Origin: Klebsormidium nitens
Taxonomy: Eukaryota > Plantae > Klebsormidiophyceae
Assembly (NCBI GenBank): GCA_000708835.1
Contig: DF237417.1
Location: 9,999 to 73,998, forward strand
Length of the DNA: 64,000 nt
Reading direction: 5' to 3'
This document shows positions 14,401 to 27,225 of the stretch, in pieces; position 1 is the stretch's first letter; each line of letters opens with the position of its first letter. The notes beneath the pieces are model-generated. The model was not told the DNA's origin, did no database searches, and saw only the letters and a list, made by a program, of their open reading frames with translations. The translations under genes and the position numbers were made by a program.

Positions 14401-14775
14401 CCAGCAACCAGACGGTGATTGTGCCACATACAGAAATCTCGGTGACATTCCTTCTGGTGCGTGGACTACAGCCAGTTGTGCACTGATTTGCTTGTCCTCT
14501 ATTGCGCCAGCCTTGTTTGCATCTTTCTTTATCCTTACTTGCTTTTGGCATTACTCACCCAAGAAGGTGCTTTCCGTCTTGTCACAGGTGTTCGTCCCGG
14601 GGGCCCGCCCCAAGCCCCTCCCGGTGCTTTCCGACCCCCCCAGGGCCCCCCCGGGCAGAGGCCCCAGTTTGCCCCGCCCCCGGGGGCTCGTCCTGGTGGA
14701 CCTCCGCCCCCCGGATACAGGCCACCGTACCCCGGCCCCCCTCCTCCGGGCTGGAGACCGCCTCCCCAGCAATAG
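11498..14775 (+). CDS. SmB: Small nuclear ribonucleoprotein-associated protein B (SmB). Exons: 11498-11725, 12451-12550, 12958-13197, 14142-14237, 14588-14775
   Basis: [74 protein letters not shown] Sm domain followed by a Pro/Gly/Arg-rich tail. Confidence 0.96.
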
Positions 14776-16055
14776 TTTGGTCATTTGCTGGGTCAGGTAG
14801 TTGTCAGCGCGTACAGGGTGGAGCTATAGTCGAAGGGGCCTGCTTAGGAAGGTGACAAAGGCGTTTCACGAGGTTGTGTGCAGAAGAAGCGTGCACGAGA
14901 TCATGAAGTGTCAACTGCAATGCGAAAATGATGATTACAGCTGCCGTTGCTCACTGTCGAACCAGTGCTGTGTCATGCATGACCGTATGCTCACTAAAGA
15001 TTGCCTTTTGCATTTAGACCAAAAATAGTGCATGTAATTCTTACAGTACCCAAGCTGAAGCTACATGCCTGAGGGACCGGGGACACCTTGTGCATGAAGC
15101 AGACCGGGCCAGATGCAAGCCATCATGGCTTGCCTAAACTTATCATGCAGGCCGGCCGGTGGCACGAAGTTTGGATCTTCATCTGTATCCATTGACCATG
15201 TGTGCCGCCACGCTGTTGTAGTACGCCATGGACATAAATTCCGATTGCGACTCACATGACGGATCAATCAAGCACTTGAGCTAGTTCTCCTGTCTACTAA
15301 CGTACCAATCCATTATCTGCGAACATTTCCGATGACCATGGAATATTGCTTGCAGTCAGTCCACGCGCGCTTCACTCTTAAGCTGCATGCATGATATACC
15401 TGAAACTGCAGATCATAAGGCCAGGACACTCGGAATGAGTTAAGCGCGTTGATCAGCAGCAAGAGTACACTTCGTGGTTAAGCACACGTTGCGCGAGCGC
15501 ATGCACGTCCGAAGACGCTCGGTGCTCAGAGCGTACAAAAGCGACAATCTGTAGCTGCCAAGATCACTGTTTCAGGAAATAATTTGTCAGTGCTTCTTGT
15601 CTTTCTTAAGTGAGAAGCTTCGACCATCCTGACAGAGCAAGGCCAGGCCAGGTCGAGAGTAAAAATCTTGTGTCGACTTTCAATCGTCTCAGTGTCAATC
15701 TCATAACATCAGGATTCGTTGAAATGCGTCACTCTGTCTAGTGTTTTTGTTTGACGACTCTGATCTTCAAGTTATTGCGTATCTTACACCATGCACGAGA
15801 CAACCGCGTTCCGGCTTTCAGAGACTTCGACAGAGGACGGAAGACGACGAAGCTCTCGACTTATAGCGCGCAGCAGCGCAAACTTAGAAAAATCTTCTTT
15901 GAAGCACGTTTTAGAGGCGCCTGTGGCTACTGCAAACGCGCGTTGGCGCTTCAGGAGAGCAGCTGTGGTATGATCAGCGAATCCTTCGGCGATTTTTTTC
16001 TGCTGAAGAGATCATAACCCAGGCTTTGCTAATCGCGTGACAGCCATCTCGCAAC

Positions 16056-17663
16056 ATGAACACTGAAGAAACCGCGACAGGAGCAGCTGCAGACGGGGTT
16101 GCTCAGTTTACGAAGCTCCCACCCGAGCTTCTTGTGAGGATTCTGTGCCAGGACGCGCTTGAGATTACTGACCTCCTGATGTTTGGAGCAACGAGCAAGG
16201 ACTTGCATGGTTTCATCGATGGATCTGCGGAGCTCTGGCGCACCCTCTATGTAAGGGACTTTACGAAGCTTCATCCTGAGGAGAAGAACATGGATGCAAA
16301 GCTGATCAAGAAGCGGTACAGGCAGAAGTGAGTCCTTCCAAACGCTCCATGCACTAAGCTTCCTCAGGTTCATCTTTGAATGAAAACAGACTGATTGGTC
16401 GTGATTGAATTTTGTTCCGTGTCTCTTCGAAGTTCCGCTCGATCTTTTTGAATGCAACCATCTCTTTTCCTGCTCAGACAGACAGCCTTTCCTGTTCTGC
16501 CTTGAGATGCCGTTTAGCGGGCATGAACATTATCATCTTGAAGGATGGTGAATCACATGCCAAAGTAGATCGTTCGTGGAAAAGGTCACTGCTAGAATCT
16601 GCTTGAGATACCTTCCGTTTGTGACATTGCAGACGTAGCAGACTCTGCTCCGTGCGAGGGCACGCAGTCCGTTTTCCGGCGTCCTGGCTGTGACTTCTCG
16701 AACTAATCTGCAGAGTTACGTAGAATATCTTTAGCTCTTTTGAAACATCTGCCTACTGTACACTGTGGCAGTCAAATCTTGCAGAATCGCTTCTGAAAGA
16801 TTCTTGCAGTACATACTCAAATTGAGGACTTGTCACCAGACAGATTTTCGAAGTTGAGCTTCTGAACTTTGCTCCTCCAGACGTTCTCTTTCAGGTCAAG
16901 AAGCTTTAGCTAGCGCTTTCTTTTTAACGCTTTTGGATTCCGATACTTGATGAGTATTGTCGCTTGTCTCTCACCTCTACTGGATTACTATCATCCAGGT
17001 CTTGAAAGTCTTGTATAGGCTGCGTCTTGACGTTTCGCTCAGGCCAGAGCAGCATGGTAGAAAAGTTGCAGAGGAACTTAATCCTACGGGGACTGAAGTT
17101 TTCCACGAATTGGAGCCTTGTAAAGCTGACTGAAATGCTACAGACGATATGAGATCCGTTGGCAAGTCTGCTTGCAAAGAACAACACAGCTTTGGCAGGT
17201 CATATAAAATTATTCTTTCTTCAGTCAATCCTGTTTCGAGGCAGGGCCCCTTGCTTTCGCAAAAGTGTCTGTCCGGGAAGGTGGTGAGGAAAACGGAGAA
17301 TCATGAGAAGCCATCCGCCTGGATTTCAGGACTATTCAAGAAGAACACGTCTGCTTCTCTCTGAAAGATCTCACCGAATAGTCGTAACAAGGGAAGATTG
17401 CTCGAAAAAACATCCAGGCTTACTCCCCCGACTCAAAGCACGCACGAAGTTGCTCTGATCCATTCTCCGTTCAAATCAGAGTTGTATCTCCGTTTTTCAG
17501 GCACGTCCGACTGGCACGTAAGGGGAAGGCCGTCAAGTGGTCACGCGAAACCATCATCGAGACTGGAGAGCTCATGGGGGACTTCGTGTCGCACGCTCGA
17601 AAGCGTTGGTGGCTGCGCCGCACCTTGGCAACCTGTGCCTCGTCTTTGGGGTTTCGAGAATAG
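16056..17663 (+). CDS. Small F-box protein. Exon 1 is 16056-16327. The terminal exon is uncertain (17501-17663 or 16633-16693).
   Basis: FTKLPPELLVRILCQDALEITDLLMFGATSKDLHGFIDGSAELWRTLY resembles an F-box motif. Donor AA|GTGAGT at 16327. Confidence 0.65.
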
Positions 17664-19013
17664 CCGTTGGTGATTATGGGTTCCTTCCCTCGATAAGCAT
17701 ACCAATGGGAATGTATCTGATGATGGACTGGCTGTACGAGTCGCTAGTCAGCTTTGGGGACGTGAGAGGCTGAGGAGCAGACGGTCGATCTGGAAGACGT
17801 TCGGTTGAGTTCTATCAGGTTTAGGAGGAATCCAAATCAGGCAGGAATTGATCGACCTTTTCGCCGTTCAAAGCAATTCACGTAAGAGTTTAGGGTCTGG
17901 ACGCTGTATCGTTGAAGCAATTGCGTTTGGTGCGATATCTGGTTGCAAATGGCACCGAGAGCATCATGGCCTGAACGAACGCTGCCTGGCTACAGATAGC
18001 ACAACACATATAATCACATTGAACGAAACTTGTTGCTATGATGCCACCTTGCTGTCACATGTGCCGCCGGGGCAGCTCCGCGCATTTGCTATAATCCGTC
18101 ATTTTCATGAAAGAGCTGTAGCTGTCGGAAAGCTGGTACTTTGCTTCATTGAAGCGTTGTCTTTATAATGCATCAATGAGCACGGCAGGTCGTAATCACA
18201 TGCATGGTGACATCACGATGATGCGCTGCTGACGTAGAAGTGAGCGAATGATCCTTCTGGCATTGATATGATGCCTCATGTTTGGAGACAACCGTAAGTT
18301 CGTTGGCCCATACATCTCATATGTGTAAACTTGATTTCAGCTGACTGTTTAAATGAATTGTTATAGCCATGTAGAGTCGCTGGCAATCATCATTGTACCC
18401 CGGAAAGGAGAACGCCACATGATGTGCAGCTAGGCCGCCGTTAGGCATAGTAAACTGATCCGGTCGCGCACTTGCAATTGAGATGCCGGCCCAGCCAATC
18501 AATCGGGTGTCACATACAGTGTGCATCATGCATCAATGGCACTTCGCTAGCTACGATGCAACCATGCGCGGTAGCAGCACGGCAAAGCGTATTATTGAGA
18601 GCGGTCCCTGTAGCTTTGGGGATCGAGTGCCATGGGCTGCTATCATCATGCGAAACCGGCTGAGATAGTAGATTCTCAGAAATCTTCCTGTGGAGTGAAC
18701 AATCCAGTGCGAGGTGGATTGAGCAGTGATTGCGGCATACAGCCGTTCCTTTGAAATGCAAAACGCTCCAGTCTCGTCAAACCGTGAGGCAATCATCCAA
18801 TTGCGAAGTGCAAGACCGGGCAGCAGTTGAACTTGCAACAGTTCTGGCCGGTGAGGTCCATGATTGGCGTCAACCCAGCCGGCATTTATCCCTGAATGTC
18901 GCTCTGTTAATAAGGAACTTGACCTCTGTCTGACCGACTTACAGTTGGGAAAGGACAATGAAAGGGCTGGACCACCGCTCACAACGTCGAGAAAACCGAG
19001 CCTACACACATCC

Positions 19014-22000
19014 CTAATCACACTTAATGTTGCGGTAGATACGCCGCACAAAGGTTGATGATCCCAAGTAGCCGATTGCACCTGCAATGTTGGCATATGC
19101 ATGTCAGCTTTCAATCAATGCTATCGTCAAGCTCTGAGCAAGCTGCTCACTCTCCTTTTGTGGAAACCCTTGGCGCAGAATTGCTGGATCAGTGGCAGCT
19201 TATGACCTCCAGGCAGCGTTGTGCCCCTCATACCAGATGCCAAAAGAAAGAAAAGCCTGACCCATGAAATGAAACAGGGAAAAAGAGGCGCCTGTTGCCA
19301 CCTGGAGCGATGCGTGCAAGATCCAATTTCTCCTCAAAGCGTGGGTGAAACGAGGTGGGAAAGAGTGCGTATCTAGCGTATCCAGCAAGAAAGCGCTTCC
19401 GCAATCTCCAAGCAGCCATACTTGGGAAAAATCGAACCGCCGGCGCACTCACCACACATGATCCCCAGGCCGAGGCAGAACATGAGCGTGTACCCAAAGT
19501 AGAAGCTCGTTTGGAAGAAGCCCGACATCTTGGTCTTCATGAAGTAGTAGTATATACTGTAGAGGTACACGTACGTCGCGGTCGACGCCGCGCTGAAGAA
19601 GGACGTCCACTGCCAGTGGTAGTTCTCGGCGTTGAGCAGGAAGTACGTGCCGACGATGGTCACGCACACGGTCACGATCACCAGGATGATGAACACCAGC
19701 AGCATGAAGCCGTACACGTAGTACACCTGGGGGGCGGACGAACGTGACGTGAGCAGGGCGTTGGCGGAAGGATGACGGCAGAGGGACGGTGTGAGCGAAG
19801 GTCTTACGTATGATCGATGGTGCAGTAGCAGTGACCCTTATAATCATCATCAGCCGAAACTGAGCGGAGGGCAGGTGAGATGGGTAGGGGGGCAGGGAGT
19901 CAGTAGAACGATGATGTCAGCATGCATGCAGCAAAAAGAGCCACACATGCATGCCTTGCCAATGACCAGGATGATGAGCCCCCAGAACCGTACATGTGGC
20001 ACACTAGAACGCAAAGCGGGGGATGAGATCGGTGACGGGTCAGCGATTACGACCAGAGCGGGACAGCGGCTTACAAACAACTGGCCAAAGTCATATTGAC
20101 AGCCCGTCTGTTGGGACGACGAGCCTAGAGCAAAATTTGTGGCAGCACGAGTTTGGCACTTTTCACCAAATGTGCAGAAGGGCAGCAAACAAACGGACAG
20201 CTGGCAAGGTCAGGGTGAAGAGAGGCGGTAACTGGTACACAAGCGCTGCGGAAGTGCAGTAGCGAAAGCGTCTAAACGCCCACCTTATAGTTCCAGAAGG
20301 ACGTGAAGATGAAGTACATCTCGATGAAGATGCTCCCGAACGGCAGCAGGCCGCCCATGATCGCCACGACCGTCGGCGTGAGGTACCACTTCTTCTGGGG
20401 GATGGGCCGCGGGATGGTTTTCACTCGGCACGGGTTGTCCGGGACGCCGCTCCAGTTGCGGCCCACAACGGTGCCCGCCAAGCACAGCGGGAACGAGATG
20501 AACGCCCAGATGAGGAAGACAACGACCTGAATTACAAGGAAGCAAACGCTTCGGTTGATATCCAGCAGATTTCAAGGTGAGATAGTCTTCTAGGAATCCT
20601 TTCTGGGCCTTCACACCGATCAAGGGGCACCTACAAAAGCAAGACGACCGCCCAGGTGAGATAGTTACTGCCCGGGTTTAGAGGGTGCAGTAGCTCAGAA
20701 ACATATGGTCATAGTCTGAAAGATGCTGTCAAATTAGAATCGTAACCGTCAACTGAAGCATGCTTCAAGAACTAAATCACTCAAAGCTGGACTTCGAAAT
20801 GGATGCTCAGGTGAGAAGCACAGCCACATGCAAAAGCAAGGTACGAGGGTTGACATAACTTTTTGAAAGTCAGAACCTGTCAACCGTGCAGCAAGCAATG
20901 AGACTTCCGAAGGCTTGAATCACGATCCGTTGTATTAGACCCCACGATTAGGGAGATGTGATACGAGGGCCTGTCGGAGACAAAGACTTGAGCCTTAGCT
21001 CTGCACTTGCGTCCGAATCATCCCCGTTGAGTTCCAACCACTGCAGTTTTGAAGTAGCACCATCAACAAGGAAGGGTTCATGTAAATAAGAGAAAGGCCT
21101 TGCACATGCGCGGGGAAGAAGACAGTAACCTTACGAATCCACCCAGAAACCCTGGATGGACTGCAATATCGCATCCCCGAGCGGCCCCCCGACTCAGATC
21201 ACTACAGCTCTCAAACCGCACTTGATACGTCCAAGCCAGACCGGAGATCCATAAGGCTCAATATTCTGCAGCCAAGCGGGAGAAACTCCAAGCACCAGAA
21301 AGCAGCCCTTACCATCGTCCCGAATGGGATGGCCGCCAGCGAGTGGTAGAAGATAGCCACCGTGTTGAGGATGAAGCCGATCCCGAAGGACGCGAATGGG
21401 AAGAGCGAGGCCGTCAGAAGCATCGACTTGATCCAGTGCTTTCCGTCGCTCCGCGAGTAGAAGCCCCCGCTGACGTATCCCGCCACGAACGACGTCAGCG
21501 CGTAGCAGATGATGAACGCGGTGACGATCGTGCCTCGCCTGCAGGGTGCGGGAGAATGAGGTGATGAAAGATTTTTCTTCTTGCCTTTTTGGGTCTACTC
21601 TTGGTGTTAGAGACATTCAAATGAATGGCGTTTGCACAAGCGTTTTGTAGCTCCGAACATTCGGAAGTGGCTCCCCGAAGTATATAATCTAACAGGGCTT
21701 TGCATCTCATCGTGGAATCGGAACTTTCGGTGGACGATCTGGCCAGGTGTGTCCGGAATCAAGCAAATCCAAAGCTGAGCAACTCCACATATTCAGCAGA
21801 AAGATGGTTCTGAATGACGACCAAGCAACGGTAAATGGCAAAGCAATACGACAACAAGCCCACAGCACACACATCACGTCAGCAATGCCTCAAGGAGAGA
21901 AAGCGGACCTTGAATCAGATTGAAACGTGCGACTCAAGGGGGTCCCGTTGAGTTAAAAGAACGCTCACCCGACATAGAGCATGCCAATGATGGCAATGAT

Positions 22001-25000
22001 GATGACCGACAGGATGAGCAGGGCGAGCTGCGCTCCCGTCCCCACGAGGGCGGCCAGCAGCACCAGGTTCCGGGGCGCGCGGAACACGTCACCATGGACC
22101 AACTTCCAGCCAGACTCCTCGCTCACGTCGCGCTCCTGGAGAGGAGACGATCCGAAGCCTTTGAAGGCGGAACGCAGAGATTTGAAATGGCTGGGGGCCA
22201 GCACAGAACCGTATCGCTGCCGTCCATCTTCCGCATCCAATGATCGAACGCTCCAGCTTCTTGTTCTTAAGCGGTTTTGCCGGGTTTGAACCGAACCAGC
22301 TTCTAAACCCCGTCCTGATGCGATAGGGCCGCCCGAGGCCCAACAGTGCAGAATGGGATTGTTATGTGAAGATCGGACGGCTGCGACACAATTGGCTATC
22401 TTGAACTTCTACGATCCGCATGTTTACTAACAAGGAGCCAAGAAAGACAGGGGGCGCTTTTACAGACGTGTAGGTCCAGCGCGTTGACGAAGATCAACAA
22501 AAGCGGACCGGAAGAAAGATCCCCAGCGTAAAGAGACGGAACGTGTGGACTGGGGACAGTTGACAAGGAATCTATGCAAAGCCGTTGCTTTGTGCGACGC
22601 AGATGTAGAAAACGTTGACACTGCAGGAAAAGTCTCTAGAGTGCCTTCTTGACACTCTGTTGAACAGGTGATTAGCAGGTGACAGTAGGCTGAACGTTCG
22701 TGGATTAGAACGTGACATGCACCATGTCTGTACCACAAAGAGGCCCATTCGACCTCTTCAGATTCTGCTTCCATGTTGACCCATGTTTATTTATGACACT
22801 TGTTGATGTAATGGCAGGTCGCCAAGCATCTGTTGGACTCGTCCTGGCCCGTTAAGGAGCGCGTCAAGAAATTGCTCCCTCCAGCGACCAATCAGCTTAA
22901 AATCCACTCTAGCGGTCGCTGTAAACAGAACGTGCTGCGACAATACGGCGATAATCGGTCAGATTCAAACGTGCGTCCTCAACAAGCCACTGCCCTATAA
23001 AGGAGTGTCCATATCCTCCAAAAGTTGTCCCACTCACCAGCGTCTCCAGGTCATCCTCCTCGCGCGCATACTTTGCATAGTCGTTGCGCAGCGTGCGCAT
23101 CAGGATCATTGACACCAGGCCCGTCAGGAAGATGACCATCATGAACGAGTTGAAGATGGAGAACCAGTGAATCTGCACACAGGGAAAGCATGACCGCACT
23201 AAGCACAAGAAACTTTGTTCCATCCGTCGAAGATTTACAATGAGTGTGCACGCTATCAGAGAGGTAACCCGTTTGCACGACTGGTTTCCGGCACTGCTGG
23301 AATGAAATGCAACTTAGGGAGTATGTTGTAGAGCCCAATCCATTCCAGGAACAGACTTGTTTGAGGTGTTACTTCACAAGTATGACCTCCTGATGTGTGC
23401 AGCCGTCACAAGCGGCGCATCCCGAAGTTACCCCTCTGTCCCCTGCAGCGTCCTCCCCTTATCTTTCTAAAAGCATGTGTGGTGTATTGAACCAGTATTT
23501 AGCCCACTCGCATCACAGACCTCCTCGCCTGCCCCTCTTGTCACCCCAAATGGCACTCAAGTATTCATCGTATCAAGAACGCGCAGATGCCGACTTTTAC
23601 AATATGCATGAACCCAGCCCTACGCATTCAGGAGCATGAAGCCTCAGACGCCATCCTTCCAAGGTTTTACTCGTGACTGCCAGTGTGCCTGTCCAAGATC
23701 TCAATTCAGCAACTGACTATAGCCACAAGAACTCCTACAGTGACTTCACAACACACTTCTTTTGTAAACCAGCAAAGTGCAGGACGTCTCACCTGGTGTT
23801 CAAAGAAACATCTCAATCCAGCAGGTGCCTATAACCGCAAGCACTCCTGTGATACTTTCACAATGGCTTCCTTCTTTGTAACCAACAAGTTGCACGACAC
23901 CTCACCTGGTGTTCAAAGAAGTTGTAGTCAAGGTAGCGCTCAAAGCGCTTGGCGAAGGGGATGGTGGACGCCTCCCACTTGACCGAGTATGTGAACTCCA
24001 GGGACGTCCCAGGCACCAGCGGCTTCGGCACATCGGACGTCAAGTTCACTTGGATAATCTGCGTTAAATGCAGGGGGATCGCTCACTTGATCGCTCAAAT
24101 TTTTTCAACATTGTAGACGTTTGTTTTCACTGTGTCCATCGGTGCTTCGAGTATGGATCTTCACAATGGTCGGTGGGCATTTGGCAGCTTGCAAAGGATG
24201 GACTTGCAGAATTCTGGGTGTAATATCTTCGAATGTTTGCTTTTCCCGCCTAAGTACTGGCAGCTTGGCCACCCCTTTTCTAACAACCAGCTTTCGAGTT
24301 ACGCGCCTTTTGAGGTGCTCGGACCTTCCCACAACTTGCTAAGAGGCAGCGTCGAAGGCAGAGGGTATCAGCTGCAGTGTTTGAGTGAATTCAACAAGGG
24401 GCTGTCAGCATTATAGTAACCATCTCATGACAAGATATGGATAATTGCCGAGAAACCCTGTTGGGGCCTAAGGCGTAATTACTTGCCTATTGTTTCCACC
24501 CCCTTCTAGAGGCACACAGTGGTGCTTTCAGGAATCCCTCAGAGTAGCATGATGGAACTGACCTGCTCGTTGTTGTAATTGATGTCAAAGCTCTTGTGCG
24601 TGTAGATCAGAACCTGGTCCTCCTGCTTCGCCTCGCCTTCCGCTTGCTTCTCCCCAGGAATTGACTCGCCAACGAATCCTGGCATGCCACGTCAACCTCG
24701 TTAACATTGTCAATAATGCTCCTATGAATAGCAGGGGTCCAAAACCAGCTCAAATTTTAGATATAAAAGCGCTGCACGCAAGTCTGCTTGTGCTTGAGGC
24801 GACAATACTTTAACCTATGCAGCGGCGTGAAGTCAGACCGCTGACTGCCAACTTGATGTGACACTTGATATCAGCATATGTTCCATATCATGTAACCTTT
24901 CCACTCTCTTGCTCTCAGACTCCACATGTGCTTGCACACTTACCCCAAATCGGGAGGTCATCTGCATAACAAACAAAAGGGCGTCACAAAGCTGGCTGCA

Positions 25001-26139
25001 GTGACATCAGCAGACAGCACAGCCACCTTAATCACAGCGAGAATCTATCAATGAGATTTGACAAGAAACCACATTTAGTGAACCTTCTGAAGGAATCCTA
25101 CAGATCATGTCTTCAACTCAATGCTGTTTGCGGGAATTTGACACTTAAACTAAGGGGCAGCAAGAAGCCAGGTTGATCCAAATCCTGCTTTTCAGATTGA
25201 CACAAGCGACATTGCATTGCCTCGCCCGACTCACCCATGAAAAGCTCGTACCAGTAGTGGTTCTGAATGGCATACTTGAACTGGTCGGCGGCTTTCTCAT
25301 CCAAGGGCGTCTCACAAATAACAGTCTTCTGTGTGTCCACTGCGATCAGTGGTAAAATCCTTGTTTCAGCGGACGCCACTCTTGGTCTCAGGCACAATCA
25401 AACCCTAAGTCATCAGTGCGCAGATCTGCATAATTGCCATCGAACGATCATCAACGATAAATGCACCATTACGGAACGGGCTGCTAGGATGCAGCGCACT
25501 GCAATGAAACCACCTAGCCGTTTCGAGCAGCCCTTGACTCTGAGTCAGCCCGCAGGAGGACTAGTACTCACTTCTGAACTTGAATGAGAGCTGGCTGTCA
25601 ATCAGCTCATTCCCCTCCAAAACTTCCCCTAATCCACCCCATTTGTGCTCTGGCCGTTCCTTGCCCTCTCCGGGCTTGCAGAACGGCAGAGTGTAGTAGT
25701 TGTACGTCTCTTGGGGATTGTTGTACGGGCCTACTTTGTTGACCCAGAGGGTGACTGGATCGCCCAGCGCATACTGAAGAGACGAGTCAAGAAGCCAAAA
25801 TCAAAGGTCAAGTGCAGATGCTCATTCCAGGTCTTGCACGAGCGGGGTCATTAAAAATCCTATCAGAGCTTACATGGAGCAACTTCGCAAATCAATGTGA
25901 GAGTTGCCTCCATGAATGCAGTGGTGACCTTTCATTGAACATTGAAAAGGCGTCCATTGCTGCTCAGAGATGCACAAAGAGCAGGACCTGACTGAAAACG
26001 TACAGGTCTAATGTCACAGAAGCTTAAGCTGACTGATGCTTACCTTGTGATCATACTCCTCAGCAGCACATAGGCCTGCCAGAAGGAGCGAGATCAACAG
26101 TCCTGACAAGAATCTCGCTTGCACCTCCAAGGTACCCAT
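19014..26139 (-). CDS. TMN1: Transmembrane 9 superfamily protein (TMN1/TM9SF3-like), multi-exon
   Basis: Signal peptide; [26 protein letters not shown]; [35 protein letters not shown]; [13 protein letters not shown]; [31 protein letters not shown]; last exon ends [12 protein letters not shown] (stop 19014-19016). Confidence 0.96.
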
Positions 26140-27225
26140 CCTCCTGTATTCTTGGTGTATATAACAGAAACAGGGCAACCCTAGAGATGGAGATTGGGTG
26201 GCTTTGCAAAGAATGACCGCCTTTGATGTGAAAAGCTCATCTGTAATCCTGCTCACTCATTCCCGGCTATGAGAACCCAACTCTTTGTAGTGCAAATCCT
26301 AGCAGCTGCAATGTGCTCCAAAAAGCTACCGCCGTCACCGTTTCTGCTGCCCGTCTCTGAAATTCATTCAACCGTCCATGAAAAGGCTGGCCACCATCAT
26401 CAAGAGACAATGGGGTTGCTCAAGCCCGCACGTCTCACTGCTCTCAGCAAGAGCGCCCCGTAACAACCAGAATTCACAGCAAATTGAGTCTGCCATGTCC
26501 TGTGCATCTATCCATTTGCTGTTCACTTCCGCAGCAGATGCTCGTTGCTGATGTCCTGCGAAATTGGCGGTGAGCGCATTCTCGCAGGCAATTGAAGAAC
26601 GCTGTATAGGCAAGGTCCTTATGGTCACGCACTCCCAGAATGATCGAGACGGGGCTAAAAAGTATCGAGACAGCCTGCGCCATACAGGCTACAGCGGGTT
26701 TCGGAGTCCGGTTGTGTGTGAAAAGCCTCCTTTCTTCCAAATGCTCCGCCCGCTTCTTGCCGAACCGTTCGATGATGAATGAAAGCAATGCGAACCGGTG
26801 GATAGGAGTCTTGGTTCACTTCGAAAATTGCACCCTCTCCAGATCAAGACCACTAGCAAGTTGAACGTGCGAACTGCACTCGCAGTCTGCAGAACGAAGG
26901 GGGTTCGCGCGACGACAGACGTGAAGAGAGGCGTCGGATTGCCTTTGCAATGCTGGGGTTTTGTCAGGTTCGAAAGCGAACGAGGCCGCAACGTTCTGGA
27001 AAGCAAGTAGATTTCTGGTGGAGGAGGAATTGTCCAACAAGAAGGACAGATTGCAGTTGAGGATTGGGAAAAAGAGCAACAAAGAGTTGGGGGTCGTTCT
27101 TGTAGGTGGACGCAGTTCTTCTGCAAGGAGAGGCTTTGTAGAAACGACAAGAGCGGTGCACTTCTCACCGCTTCCTTGAAAAGCATCTCCTTGCTCACAA
27201 TTGAGGGTGCATTAATCCAGTCAAG

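Noticed and set aside
26564-27198. Short overlapping ORFs between TMN1 and HVA22
   Set aside because: This is a divergent promoter/5' UTR region, with no motif or coherent splice structure.
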